This document shows, piece after piece, positions 8,972 through 18,515 of a DNA stretch of 44,208 nt. Under the pieces are notes generated by a model that was not told the origin of the DNA, made no database searches, and saw only the letters and a program-made list of their open reading frames with translations. The DNA comes from a virus (taxonomy: Duplodnaviria; Caudoviricetes), in the IMG/VR virus record IMGVR_UViG_3300043707_000036, positions 1 to 44,208 of that record; one strand, 5' to 3'. The translations under genes and the position numbers were made by a program. How positions within the stretch are numbered: position 1 is the first letter of the stretch; each line of letters starts with the position of its first letter.

Positions 8972-9147
8972 TGCCAGAGAGCATGGGCAAGAACTTCGAT
9001 GACAGAATCCTCAAGTCTCCCTTGACTGTAGGGAGGCCGAGGAAAGAGCCCGGTCCCGATGTGAATAACAGTCCGGTAGCTGTCCCCGATGACCCACTCA
9101 GGATCATCCCGGACAACTCGAAACGTATGACACGAAGGGACGACTAA
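8971..9147 (+). CDS. 58-aa protein with GRPRK motif
   Basis: MPESMGKNFDDRILKSPLTVGRPRKEPG...; AAGGAGGT RBS. Confidence 0.7.
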   Translation: MPESMGKNFDDRILKSPLTVGRPRKEPGPDVNNSPVAVPDDPLRIIPDNSKRMTRRDD

Positions 9148-9148
9148 C

Positions 9149-9325
9149 ATGGCTGTCTCTCGGACTAACCGGCACAACGCAGGGGGCCGCAACAACTTAC
9201 ATGCGGCTCCCTTCATGCACTTCATGCCGCCTCATCACAGGACGCTGCCCAAGACTGGACCGCATCGCAGCTACAATCCGCTGCCTGGCCGCAGGCGGGG
9301 CAGGAGTGGCCGTAGCCGTTATTGA
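9149..9325 (+). CDS. 58-aa Arg/His-rich protein
   Basis: MAVSRTNRHN...PGRRRGRSGRSRY; tiles exactly between its neighbours. Confidence 0.65.
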   Translation: MAVSRTNRHNAGGRNNLHAAPFMHFMPPHHRTLPKTGPHRSYNPLPGRRRGRSGRSRY

Positions 9326-9328
9326 CTT

Positions 9329-9757
9329 ATGGCGACCTCACCTGTAGCTCCCGATCCAGTCCGAGCCATGATGGCCCGCCAGCTGATCCAGCGTATGGCT
9401 GGTGGCTTGGGCGGGGCCAACGACCAGGCCATGGGTGCTCAACTGGGTGGCCAATTCTCCCAGCTTCAAGGAGCTGACCCTCAGTTCATGCTCAAGGCTC
9501 TCAACCAAATCAAGATGATGATGGTGCCTCTCTACGGCAGGGCGGCCTTTGCCGTCCCTGAGGTCAGCAGGCACATAGCCCAGGCTCAGAAGAGTGTAGA
9601 CGCAGCTATCAAAGCGGCTGAACAAGGTGCTGCCACTCAGCAAAGTGTTAGACCAATAGCCAACAACGCCGCCATGCCCAACCCAGTCCAGGGTCCAGGA
9701 ATGGGTGAACCCGCGAGTGGCCCACCTGGCGGTGGTGGTGTTCCAGGATTGCCTTAA
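9329..9757 (+). CDS. Hypothetical head-region protein (Gly/Ala/Gln-rich)
   Basis: AGGAG RBS, position before scaffold. Confidence 0.75.
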   Translation: MATSPVAPDPVRAMMARQLIQRMAGGLGGANDQAMGAQLGGQFSQLQGADPQFMLKALNQIKMMMVPLYGRAAFAVPEVSRHIAQAQKSVDAAIKAAEQGAATQQSVRPIANNAAMPNPVQGPGMGEPASGPPGGGGVPGLP

Positions 9758-9993
9758 TGGCTAGAGGCGGACAAGTTGGTGGAGGAGGCTTTCATGCCCC
9801 TACCCGGACTGCTCCTGTTCGGCCTGAGCGGCGTGGTGGAAGGGAAGATGACGACAGGCGCAGACCTGAGGGTGGGGAGGAACGCGAAGGTGGAGGAATC
9901 TTCGTCTTCGGCTATCCCCGGCACTGTCCACCCGACAAGAGGTGGTCCCGTAGCCGAGGAAGGTGTGTACGTCGTCGTAGGAGACGAGACTGA
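9757..9993 (+). CDS. Arg/Gly-rich protein with poly-Arg C-terminus
   Basis: TAATG coupling; ends RWSRSRGRCVRRRRRRD. Confidence 0.6.
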   Translation: MARGGQVGGGGFHAPTRTAPVRPERRGGREDDDRRRPEGGEEREGGGIFVFGYPRHCPPDKRWSRSRGRCVRRRRRRD

Positions 9994-10022
9994 CCGAGGA
10001 GATAACTCCTCAGGAGTAGAGG

Positions 10023-10889
10023 ATGCCAAATCGTAGCTGGGCAGACATTTTATCTGACAAGGGCTTGGCCGACGACATTGTTCTGGACCTCAAGGACGGT
10101 ACTAGCCGCACCTTGGGCGACCTTCGAGCCTGGAACCGCGAGACGGAGGGGGCGACCGCCAAGAGACTCTCCCAACAGGAAGACGCTCTGAAGCAGCGTG
10201 AGGCTCAGCTGGGCAATGCTGAGATCGAGCTGATGCAACGAGTCGACAGCTACTCCAAGGGCATGGGCATATCGGTCGAAGACTTCGTCACAGGCAAAGG
10301 CAACCCTGCCAGCCACCTACCTACCGCTCCCTCAAAGCGTGACGTGGCCCAACAAACTGGCCTGGACGAAAACGATCCCCTGGTAGGTGAAGTAGTCAAA
10401 CAGCTTAAAGCTCTTGCTGCCCGCCTGGACAAGACGGATGCTGCCCTGACCGAACAGCGCGAGAAGGTCCTGAAACCTATCGTTGCCACCTATCTCAACG
10501 ATAACTATGAACTGCAGTGGGAGCGTGCCCGGCGTGATCTCCCCAAAAAGGCTCAGGAAAAACTCACCTACGAGGATGCCCTCAAGCACGCCGAGCGGCG
10601 AGGCATGAAGGACCGTGCCGGTCGCCTGGACGTGGCTGAGGCTGCCCGTGACCTGGCCCGCCCCTTCGAACAGGATGAGTGGCGCGAGACCGAACGGGCC
10701 AAGATGCGCAAGGAACTCAAGGACGAACAATTCGCCTCCTCCCTGCCCAAGCCTGGTCAGCAGGGTCCCCGCAGTGGAGTCCCCAAAGGTTTCAAAGACG
10801 AGAAGGGCCGCACCAAGAGTTTCGACCAAGTATTGAACGACGCTGCAAACGATGCTGAACTGTGGCGTGGCATTGCGACTGAACAATAA
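10023..10889 (+). CDS. Capsid scaffolding protein (putative)
   Basis: Charged helical/coiled-coil protein immediately upstream of MCP. Confidence 0.7.
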   Translation: MPNRSWADILSDKGLADDIVLDLKDGTSRTLGDLRAWNRETEGATAKRLSQQEDALKQREAQLGNAEIELMQRVDSYSKGMGISVEDFVTGKGNPASHLPTAPSKRDVAQQTGLDENDPLVGEVVKQLKALAARLDKTDAALTEQREKVLKPIVATYLNDNYELQWERARRDLPKKAQEKLTYEDALKHAERRGMKDRAGRLDVAEAARDLARPFEQDEWRETERAKMRKELKDEQFASSLPKPGQQGPRSGVPKGFKDEKGRTKSFDQVLNDAANDAELWRGIATEQ

Positions 10890-10900
10890 GGAGCCTAGTT

Positions 10901-11890
10901 ATGGCACTAAGTGTAGTTGGTCTAGGTCTGGCAAGTCCGCCAGTTCAACTTAGTAACACCGTCAATGCCATCAGCCAGAAGTACATTGTGCCGGTGCTAG
11001 GTGACAACGTCTTCAAGCCCAGTCCAGTCTTCTGGGGACTCACCAGAGAAGGTAAAAAATTTGGTGCCGGTGAACTAGTCTTCCCAGAAATCAACCAGGA
11101 AGAACTTCCTGGTGGCGCGTATTATGGGGACCAGCTCCTAGACACGTCGGTAGTGGACTCCATTCAGCCTGCCAATCAACAATGGCGTCCCTACCGACAG
11201 CCCATTGTTATCCCCATCACCGATATCATCCTCAACCGTGGTGGAGCAGGCAACTTAGACATCATCAAAGCCAAGTATCAAGTAGCCAGTGCTAGCTTCC
11301 TGACTAAGTTGTGTAGAGCTTTGTGGCACACCTCTCCACAGAACACCTCCAACGACATCGACGACGTAGACGCCTGGGTGGGTCAGACCACCAACGTGAT
11401 TGCAGGCATCGACAGGTCTCAACCTGGGAATGCTTTCTGGCAACCTGCCGCCAACGTCAACAACAACTCTGGTGCCCTGACTCCTCAAGTGGCCGAGGCA
11501 GCCTACCAGTCGGTGGTCTTCGGCTACGACGAACCCGACCTGATGCCCATCTCCCAACCCCGTTATGCAGGCTTCAAGAATAACTTCACCCCTCTGAACC
11601 GTTTCACTGACGGCTGGCAGGATGAGGAAGCCGTTCAGGTAGGCTTCAGGAATCACTTTCTCTTCAACAACGCCATAGTGATTCCTGACTTATTCGCCTT
11701 AGCTAACTCAGCTTACTTCCTGAACTCCAAGTACATCTTCCCCGTGTTCCACGAAGCCGACTATTTCAACGTGGACCCCTTCATTAAGCCCACTAACCAA
11801 CGAGTCCTTGTGTCCACTATGTACCTAACGTGGCAACTTAGTAACATCTCACCACGTATGGGAGTCAAGATCATAGGCATCACCGCGTAA
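10901..11890 (+). CDS. Major capsid protein (HK97 fold)
   Basis: 329 aa, TAAGGAG RBS, DNVFK.SP, IAGIDRS...FW, GF....FNNA..IPD, YFLNSKY motifs. Confidence 0.85.
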   Translation: MALSVVGLGLASPPVQLSNTVNAISQKYIVPVLGDNVFKPSPVFWGLTREGKKFGAGELVFPEINQEELPGGAYYGDQLLDTSVVDSIQPANQQWRPYRQPIVIPITDIILNRGGAGNLDIIKAKYQVASASFLTKLCRALWHTSPQNTSNDIDDVDAWVGQTTNVIAGIDRSQPGNAFWQPAANVNNNSGALTPQVAEAAYQSVVFGYDEPDLMPISQPRYAGFKNNFTPLNRFTDGWQDEEAVQVGFRNHFLFNNAIVIPDLFALANSAYFLNSKYIFPVFHEADYFNVDPFIKPTNQRVLVSTMYLTWQLSNISPRMGVKIIGITA

Positions 11891-11900
11891 GGAGGCAGTT

Positions 11901-12275
11901 ATGGCATTCGTGGTCTCGATCCGGCAGCTTTCCATCATGGGTGCCTCGACAGGTGCCAACGTCACCCTGCCCGCTTTTGCCACCACCGGAGCTGCCCAGA
12001 ACATCACCATTCCCATCCCTCAACCTGGCTCCTTCCACTTCGGTATGCTGAGGGTCAAGTCCCTGACTCCCGCTACCGGCACCATGACGGTAGGTGCCAT
12101 CTCAGTCTCCGACGGCACCAACACGGCCTATTTACAGGGTGCTCAGCCAGCTATCACTCTTCCTGCAGACCATACCGTATTCCCTCTAGTTACTGACCTC
12201 AATGCCACCTCGCTGATCCTGGCTCTCACCACCAGCGCGGCAGGCACAGTCGACATAGAGTTCGCCGGGATATGA
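11901..12275 (+). CDS. Capsid decoration/cement protein (putative)
   Basis: Beta-rich 124 aa, TAAGGAGG RBS, directly after MCP. Confidence 0.55.
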   Translation: MAFVVSIRQLSIMGASTGANVTLPAFATTGAAQNITIPIPQPGSFHFGMLRVKSLTPATGTMTVGAISVSDGTNTAYLQGAQPAITLPADHTVFPLVTDLNATSLILALTTSAAGTVDIEFAGI

Positions 12276-12284
12276 GGAGGGCCG

Positions 12285-13634
12285 ATGCCTCTTCTACCCG
12301 CCAGTGCTCTGGACAATTCGATCTCGCTTCCTCTGGGCACAGGCGTCCTGGTGGGCGACATCATCCTGGGAGCCCGTGAACTCTTCAACGACATTCCCCA
12401 GGTACTGCCTCCACCTGGTCCAGAACTAAACGTTGTCCAAGGTACTCCTACCATCCCGGTAACCCTGCCTCCAGGGGCTTACCATGTGACCTTGACCTAC
12501 CGAAGCGGTTCAGTAAACACTCCCTGGGGAGAGACCACTCCCTCATCAGAGTTTGGTCCCATCCCGGTTGACGCCTCCCACTCCATCCAGATCACCGGCT
12601 CCATCCCGGCAGGTGTGGGCTCAGTGGTGGCTTACTTCACCTCACCCAACGGGAATCCAGGCAGCGAGAACAACTTTGTTGCTCTCACCACAACCCCTTT
12701 TGACATAGTCTCTACAGGATCTATAGGTACACCACCCATCAGAAACAGTGCATACTTACCAGACACCTCTGGCCGCTCCATCACTGCCGCCGCACTGTAC
12801 AGGTGGTTGAATGAAGGTCTACACCAAGCTTCCACCATCTGCTATGGCCTGCCCGATTTTGGTGCAGTCGCCACAGTCACCGGCCAACCCATCTACCCGG
12901 TGGAAGGAAGATGGACCAAGGTCTCGAACGCCTGGTGGGATGGCTACCCCTTGTTCCTGGGCCGCCAGACCGACGTCTTCCGCCGCAACATCGTAACTGG
13001 CACAGTCGGCACTTTCGTCCTCTACCAGAAGACCAACCGCTTCGTGGCCGAAGTCTGGCCTCAACCTTCCCGCAGTGGCGGTCAAATCCAGACTTCAGCA
13101 GACATAGGCCGTTTCGACACGACCATCCCCATCCAACTCATTCCCGGCTTTATGGGCAGTAGCAACTTCGTCCTTGGCTTCGGCCTGTGCTCCCTATCAA
13201 CTCCAGATGATCCCAACTACGAGATCGTTGAGTTCGCCCGTAACAACAGCCTCGAACTCACAGGTGTGACTCGCGGCATGCAGGGGACTGTCCCCTTTCC
13301 CTGGCCTGCCGGAACACCAGTCACCGAACTCAACTTGATGTGGGCAGGTCAACGGGTGCCGCGTGGTTATCGTCTGGGAGACTCCACCTCAACCTTCTAC
13401 CTCCCTGAGGGCTGGGAAGACGCTATGGAGACCTATCTCCTAGCGAGGTTTAAGAAGGCAGAGCAACAGTTCAGAGAGTCCAGCGATCTGGTCAAGGAAT
13501 TCACTGCTAAGGTGCAACACTTGATGGCCACCCGTATTATCGTGGGCCCCCGCCAGATTCAGGTCTACGCAGGCCGGGGCACCGAAGTCTATCCTGGCCT
13601 GGGCAGTCCATTTGGAGGCGTAATCGTTCCGTGA
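12285..13634 (+). CDS. Head-tail adaptor with inserted accessory domains (putative)
   Basis: ALYRWLNEG, EVWPQP, LPEGWEDAM..Y adaptor-like motifs plus FN3-like and 'LTGVTRG..GT' insertions. Confidence 0.65.
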   Translation: MPLLPASALDNSISLPLGTGVLVGDIILGARELFNDIPQVLPPPGPELNVVQGTPTIPVTLPPGAYHVTLTYRSGSVNTPWGETTPSSEFGPIPVDASHSIQITGSIPAGVGSVVAYFTSPNGNPGSENNFVALTTTPFDIVSTGSIGTPPIRNSAYLPDTSGRSITAAALYRWLNEGLHQASTICYGLPDFGAVATVTGQPIYPVEGRWTKVSNAWWDGYPLFLGRQTDVFRRNIVTGTVGTFVLYQKTNRFVAEVWPQPSRSGGQIQTSADIGRFDTTIPIQLIPGFMGSSNFVLGFGLCSLSTPDDPNYEIVEFARNNSLELTGVTRGMQGTVPFPWPAGTPVTELNLMWAGQRVPRGYRLGDSTSTFYLPEGWEDAMETYLLARFKKAEQQFRESSDLVKEFTAKVQHLMATRIIVGPRQIQVYAGRGTEVYPGLGSPFGGVIVP

Positions 13635-14122
13635 TGACCCAGATCCTTGCAGAGATGGGAGGAGCATTCAGAGATCCTGGAATGAACCGATACCCATTTA
13701 CCAAGCCGCAACCTCTCTATGGCCTGGGTATGGGTCCATCTCCCTTAACTCCTGTGGCTCAGAGAGGTGCCTACTATGGTCCCACCGCTGCTCCTGGCAT
13801 GCTCCAACCCGGCAACATTGATCTATTTAACCGTCCCCAGGTCCGTAACGAAGACGGCTCCATCTCCACCCTGCATTCCATCTCCATCGACGAAGACGGC
13901 CACAGTGTCCTCATCCCCACCGTTATCGGTAATGCTGTAGTCCCCACCGACGCTGCCGTAGCCCACTACCGCCGCACCGGCCAACACTTGGGCAAGTTCG
14001 ACAACTTCATGTCCGCCGACGCTCACTCCCAACGTCTCCACCTTGGTCAAGCTCGCCGCTACCAAGGCCAGCCTCGAACTCCGGCCCTGTCTCCCTTGGG
14101 CAGCCTCTTCGGGAGGCGCTGA
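13631..14122 (+). CDS. Virion protein with GNIDL.NRP.V.N.DGSIST domain
   Basis: Motif ...VLIPTV...YRRTGQHLGKFD recalled from podovirus internal virion proteins. Confidence 0.7.
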   Translation: MMTQILAEMGGAFRDPGMNRYPFTKPQPLYGLGMGPSPLTPVAQRGAYYGPTAAPGMLQPGNIDLFNRPQVRNEDGSISTLHSISIDEDGHSVLIPTVIGNAVVPTDAAVAHYRRTGQHLGKFDNFMSADAHSQRLHLGQARRYQGQPRTPALSPLGSLFGRR

Positions 14123-17025
14123 TGCCCCTCCAGGGAGTCCTCCAGACCCGCTGGCTTCGAGGCCTGAACGCCGCATTCGGCCTATTTTCCCAGCCTCCGA
14201 ACTCTCTACCGCGTTTAAGCAATCTAGTCCTGACCAGGAGAGGCAGCCTGGAAACTGTGGACGGCTCAACCATAGCCTCTAGTGCGGCCAACATCTTCCC
14301 TGGCTCGAACCTGCTCCCTGCTCCCTTTGACCCCGTAAACTCTGGCATGTGGAAGGAAATCTTCTACTACAATCCAGGTGGCGCTGAATTCAATCTAGCC
14401 GGTTACTACGGCCTGCGTGCCGAACCAGGAATAGGCAAACTATCTCCCCTGGCTCCAGGTTCCATTACGGTCACTCTGCAGTCGATTGCAACAGCTCAGG
14501 CCCTTGGCACTTTTGATTTAGGTATCTCGGTCGCGGATGGTGTAGGTGGCGAAACTCCCATCCAGGTCTATCCCACTCCCATAACTCTCAATGCTGGTCA
14601 AGGAGCCCTCATCCAGTGGCCCTCAGCTCTCACCACCACTGCCTACGGTTACAACGTCTACATCCGGCCAATCGGCACAACCAACTGGCGGCGTCTGGTA
14701 GTCTTCAACAACCCTCTAAATTCCATCAGTGCCGTCAACTCTCCCATGGGCACCAACGAATTCCTCATAGCACAAGGCTTTGCCTCAATGGGAGGTGGTT
14801 CTGGCTCCCCCATAGGACCTCCCGGCCTGGAAAACACCACACAGGCTGTCAACTTCCTAACTATTCCTGTCTCCGGTCAGGGCTGGCAATACGCTCCCAT
14901 GCCTTTACCTCCAAATCTACCTTTTGGAATTGCCTATCTGATCCATACCTTCCCTGCCGACCCTTTGATCAATAGTGGAGGAGCTGCTGGTCCCCGCCCC
15001 ATCACACCAATCTCCCTCAAGCAGCCTCCCGGAGGCGGAAGAGGTCCTGGAGGAGGTGGACCTGGTCATCCAGTGGGTGGCGGTGGCCGGGCAGCCTCTT
15101 CGATCAGTGGTGGAGCCTTCAACCTAGTCAGCCCCATCCCTCAAATCATTCAGTTTGCCAACTTGATGTTCCTGGCTCTGGGCAATGGGATTACTCCCTT
15201 TGTATCCAATGGTCAGGCCAATACTGCTACTCATCCCAACAACACTGTTGCCATCACCAACACTTTCCAGGCCTCTTTCCCAACCTGGCAGGCCAACATT
15301 GGCTACCTGGTAGGTGACCAGATTGCCTTCACTATACCTTCCTCTCCTAGTAGTCCCCCCATCCTGTTCACCGCTGTTCAGGGAGGCATCTCCGGTCCTA
15401 TAGGTAGTGAACCAGCTTTTCAGAATGTCACAAACATAGATCAGACCATCGCCGACAACCAGATTATCTGGAAGAATTCCGGTACTGTCCCCACTCCCAA
15501 CCCACCTGCAGGGGCATCTCATGTCGAAGTCTATGCAGGTTCCCTGTGGGTAGCCAACACTGCCCCATCATTCGACGCAGCATTTCCCAGTGATGGTCCC
15601 TCAGGCGTGTGGATGTCGGACGCCAACAATCCCAACTCCTGGAACCCTCTCAATACTGCCCAGATTGCCCGAGACGATGGCACCGAGATCACCGGCCTCA
15701 AAGCCTTCTCCGTTGCCGAAGCAGGCATCCCCACCACCCAACAACTAGTGGTCTTCAAGAACTTCAGCACCTACATCATCAATGGTGTCTTTGGGGCCGC
15801 AGATTTCTCGATTCAACAAGCAGAGACCGACCAGGGCTGTATTGCTCCCCGCACCATCCAATTCGTGCCAGGATTCGGACTCCTGCGTCTAACTCATCTA
15901 GGATTCAGCTTCTTTGACGGCATCCGTGACCGCCTGATCTCCACCGACATACGCCCTTATCTCTTCGGCGACCCTGGCCAACCCGACATCATGCCTATGG
16001 ACTGGGCTTTCTCCTACTTTAGTAAAGGGGCTCAGGTAGCAGACCCACCCATGTACGTAGCGGCCATCCCTGTCCTGGGAGCCAATGCTGATCTGCTGGC
16101 CACACTCCCTGCCTCCCAGTTCACCATAACGGCCACAGCCCAACCTGGTGCTCCCATCCCTCCCAACTTCCCTCCCGGCAACTACTTCTTCCGCATCACT
16201 CTGCGAGGTCCCATCCACGAGACTGCCATCACCCCGGAGATTGGTCCCATCCCAGTTCCTCCCGATAGTTCCAACAACCCCTCCACTATTCTCATCCAGA
16301 GTTCCTCTCCACTACCTCCTGGTTATCTAGGTTGGAGAGTCTACTGGAGTGAGCTTGGTCCAAACCGTGAAGACCGTTACCAGGACTTCAATCTCGAACT
16401 CGGTACTCCAGGTGCTGGAGCCCAGTTGGTCTATCCAGGCACCGCTACCACAGGCTATCCCCGAGGTCTCTCCGGGAGCCTGACCCGCATTGTCTGCTAT
16501 GACCTGACGCTTAAGTGCTGGACCATTGTCGATCTGCCCTTTTCCATCTCAGTGCTCAAATCAATCCGTGTCCTAGGTCAGCTTCCCCTTGTCATCTCAG
16601 GTGGCTTCTACGACAACACCGTCCGCTACCTCTTCCACAACGCTCCTGACTGGGACGGCACTCCCATCAACTGGAGTCTACAAACTGGTGAAGTCTACAA
16701 CCAAGGTGGGGACCAGAGAGTGTTCTACCGCCGTCTCCGTGTCCGTGGCCAGGGCACTGGTCCGATCTACATCCTTCCCAACTACGAAGGTAACGACGAA
16801 CCAGACCCTCCCACACTACTCACTGGTGACCTGGTCGCTCTCAACCGAGGTCTCGCAGCTGTCTTCTGGGCTCTCGGTGGCGACCAATTCATGGCCGAAG
16901 GTGGCATGATGTCGGAAGCAGTTAATGCCCACGCTACTGTCTCCGGCCAGGGCCGTGTTGTAATCGACAGCCTGGACTTCCATGCTGTCCCCAAGCCAAT
17001 TGGTGCAGGAGCCGTGATCTCATGA
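14122..17025 (+). CDS. Tail nozzle/tubular protein (P22 gp10/T7 gp12-like position) with accessory domains
   Basis: 967 aa; propeller-like segments VWMSD..NP.SW, ITGL, LVVFK, GCIAPRTI; CBM-like PTWQANIGYLVGD. Confidence 0.75.
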   Translation: MPLQGVLQTRWLRGLNAAFGLFSQPPNSLPRLSNLVLTRRGSLETVDGSTIASSAANIFPGSNLLPAPFDPVNSGMWKEIFYYNPGGAEFNLAGYYGLRAEPGIGKLSPLAPGSITVTLQSIATAQALGTFDLGISVADGVGGETPIQVYPTPITLNAGQGALIQWPSALTTTAYGYNVYIRPIGTTNWRRLVVFNNPLNSISAVNSPMGTNEFLIAQGFASMGGGSGSPIGPPGLENTTQAVNFLTIPVSGQGWQYAPMPLPPNLPFGIAYLIHTFPADPLINSGGAAGPRPITPISLKQPPGGGRGPGGGGPGHPVGGGGRAASSISGGAFNLVSPIPQIIQFANLMFLALGNGITPFVSNGQANTATHPNNTVAITNTFQASFPTWQANIGYLVGDQIAFTIPSSPSSPPILFTAVQGGISGPIGSEPAFQNVTNIDQTIADNQIIWKNSGTVPTPNPPAGASHVEVYAGSLWVANTAPSFDAAFPSDGPSGVWMSDANNPNSWNPLNTAQIARDDGTEITGLKAFSVAEAGIPTTQQLVVFKNFSTYIINGVFGAADFSIQQAETDQGCIAPRTIQFVPGFGLLRLTHLGFSFFDGIRDRLISTDIRPYLFGDPGQPDIMPMDWAFSYFSKGAQVADPPMYVAAIPVLGANADLLATLPASQFTITATAQPGAPIPPNFPPGNYFFRITLRGPIHETAITPEIGPIPVPPDSSNNPSTILIQSSSPLPPGYLGWRVYWSELGPNREDRYQDFNLELGTPGAGAQLVYPGTATTGYPRGLSGSLTRIVCYDLTLKCWTIVDLPFSISVLKSIRVLGQLPLVISGGFYDNTVRYLFHNAPDWDGTPINWSLQTGEVYNQGGDQRVFYRRLRVRGQGTGPIYILPNYEGNDEPDPPTLLTGDLVALNRGLAAVFWALGGDQFMAEGGMMSEAVNAHATVSGQGRVVIDSLDFHAVPKPIGAGAVIS

Positions 17026-17420
17026 TTGGCCAACTGGAGATCCGCCCCCGTCTCCCAGGCGAGCCAATCCCTGAAGAGCTTATGGCTGGTCTGGAGTACT
17101 TCCAGATTGTCGAGTCCTGGCAGTGGCTTGTCCTCCACCAAGACAAAATTGTGGCCCAGATCCTGACCGCCCCCATGCACGGTGTCCTCCTCTTGCTCCG
17201 TATGATGTCACTGCCGGAAGCTCCCCACGGCTGGCTGGTGCTAGCCTTGCGCAGAATAATGGCCGACGCCAAGGCCAAGGGACTGTTCGGTGCCGTAGTC
17301 CTGTTGGACGACCGTCGACCACAAGAAGTCAAAATGATGCGCATTGCCCAGAGGTCAGGGGGAATGTTGCTTCCCTACTGTGGAGCATTGGCTGTGGGCT
17401 CCACCGACTGGAAATACTGA
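17022..17420 (+). CDS. Tail assembly protein, GNAT-like (putative)
   Basis: Position after nozzle as for P22 gp14/T7 gp13; LRRIMADAKAKG helix. Confidence 0.5.
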   Translation: MIGQLEIRPRLPGEPIPEELMAGLEYFQIVESWQWLVLHQDKIVAQILTAPMHGVLLLLRMMSLPEAPHGWLVLALRRIMADAKAKGLFGAVVLLDDRRPQEVKMMRIAQRSGGMLLPYCGALAVGSTDWKY

Positions 17421-17827
17421 TGAGCTTCCTGATTCCATTCATTCCTCTGATTGCTGCTGGCATAGGAGCAGGCACCACGATCTATGGCATCACCGAGCAG
17501 CAGAGCATGCAGAACCAGCAGGAGCAATTTCAGCAAAATCAGCAGCAGCAGATGTTCAAGGAGCAGCAGCAGTCTCAGCAGCAGGCTGCAGAGCAGGCTC
17601 TCTCAACTCGTCAGCAAGAAATGCGAGCCGAAGCTCCCACTCTGCAGTCCATGGTAGGTGGCTCCCTGACTCCCGGTGGATTCCAGTCAGCCCTGGCTCA
17701 ACTAACTGGCAATCCCGGCTTCGGTGCTGTCGCTCCAACTTCAGGCAGCCTGACTCCGGCCATGGAAAACTTATTCCCGTCAGGAGGCGTCCCCTCGCTG
17801 ACCCAACCCTATCCCACGACCGCATAA
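17420..17827 (+). CDS. Small ejection protein (putative)
   Basis: Hydrophobic N-terminus IPLIAAGIGAG followed by Gln-rich helix; TGATG coupling. Confidence 0.7.
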   Translation: MSFLIPFIPLIAAGIGAGTTIYGITEQQSMQNQQEQFQQNQQQQMFKEQQQSQQQAAEQALSTRQQEMRAEAPTLQSMVGGSLTPGGFQSALAQLTGNPGFGAVAPTSGSLTPAMENLFPSGGVPSLTQPYPTTA

Positions 17828-17838
17828 GGAGGATTCAT

Positions 17839-17898
17839 ATGGCCTACGGAAGAGGTGGAGTTCGCCGCCGCACCAGCTATCACGGACGCAGGAGATGA
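17839..17898 (+). CDS. 19-aa protamine-like peptide
   Basis: MAYGRGGVRRRTSYHGRRR; TAAGGAGG RBS. Confidence 0.7.
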   Translation: MAYGRGGVRRRTSYHGRRR

Positions 17899-17903
17899 TC
17901 TAG

Positions 17904-18311
17904 GTGGCCGACGCCCCAGAATGGGACATCAAGAGTGCCCGGCGAGTCGCGCCCGGACTGCGAATGCCGAGTACTGCTCGATTCAGCCCTCCACCTTCGA
18001 GGCCGGTGGCTAGCCCTACTGGGGAAGAGGTCAGGATGGCTAGTGAACGCTATGGACCAGAACTGCGAACTCTTGGACGTCCACCAAGTCCCCATTATGC
18101 CGTGCGTGAAGCTCTGCGCTGGGCAGACGTCCCCACTGCCCGCCGCATGTACCGCACCGAAACATCCAGAGTACCTTCTGTCCAGGTCTCTATGGGAGCA
18201 ATAAAGGAACCAGATGAACGCCGCCGCTACCTGGGTGCGATAAGAGATCCAGATAGGCAGAAGTTAGTAAGACCACCTAGTCGAAGCAGACGAAGGAGCC
18301 AGAGAATCTAA
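17904..18311 (+). CDS. Arg/Pro/Ser-rich basic protein
   Basis: AGGAG RBS before GTG; ends RPPSRSRRRSQRI. Confidence 0.65.
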   Translation: MADAPEWDIKSARRVAPGLRMPSTARFSPPPSRPVASPTGEEVRMASERYGPELRTLGRPPSPHYAVREALRWADVPTARRMYRTETSRVPSVQVSMGAIKEPDERRRYLGAIRDPDRQKLVRPPSRSRRRSQRI

Positions 18312-18321
18312 GGAGTAACTT

Positions 18322-18510
18322 ATGGCAGTTATAGGCAACATCTCTAGTGCTGACTTCCAACCTCATGGAGACATAACTGACTTAGCCCGTCCTCCAGGTG
18401 CCGACCGCATTGGTGAGGAGCAGATGGCGGTGCCTCGCCCAACAGGAAGGATAGGAGGCCGGAGGAGTCGTCGAGGGAAGCGTCGTGGGAAACGGAGTGG
18501 AGCTAGGTAA
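18322..18510 (+). CDS. 62-aa protein with Arg-rich tail
   Basis: TAAGGAG RBS; ends GGRRSRRGKRRGKRSGAR. Confidence 0.7.
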   Translation: MAVIGNISSADFQPHGDITDLARPPGADRIGEEQMAVPRPTGRIGGRRSRRGKRRGKRSGAR

Positions 18511-18515
18511 CACTT

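Noticed and set aside
9776-10036. Alternative-frame 86-aa ORF
   Set aside because: 9757-9993 is TAATG-coupled and fits the Arg-rich cluster better
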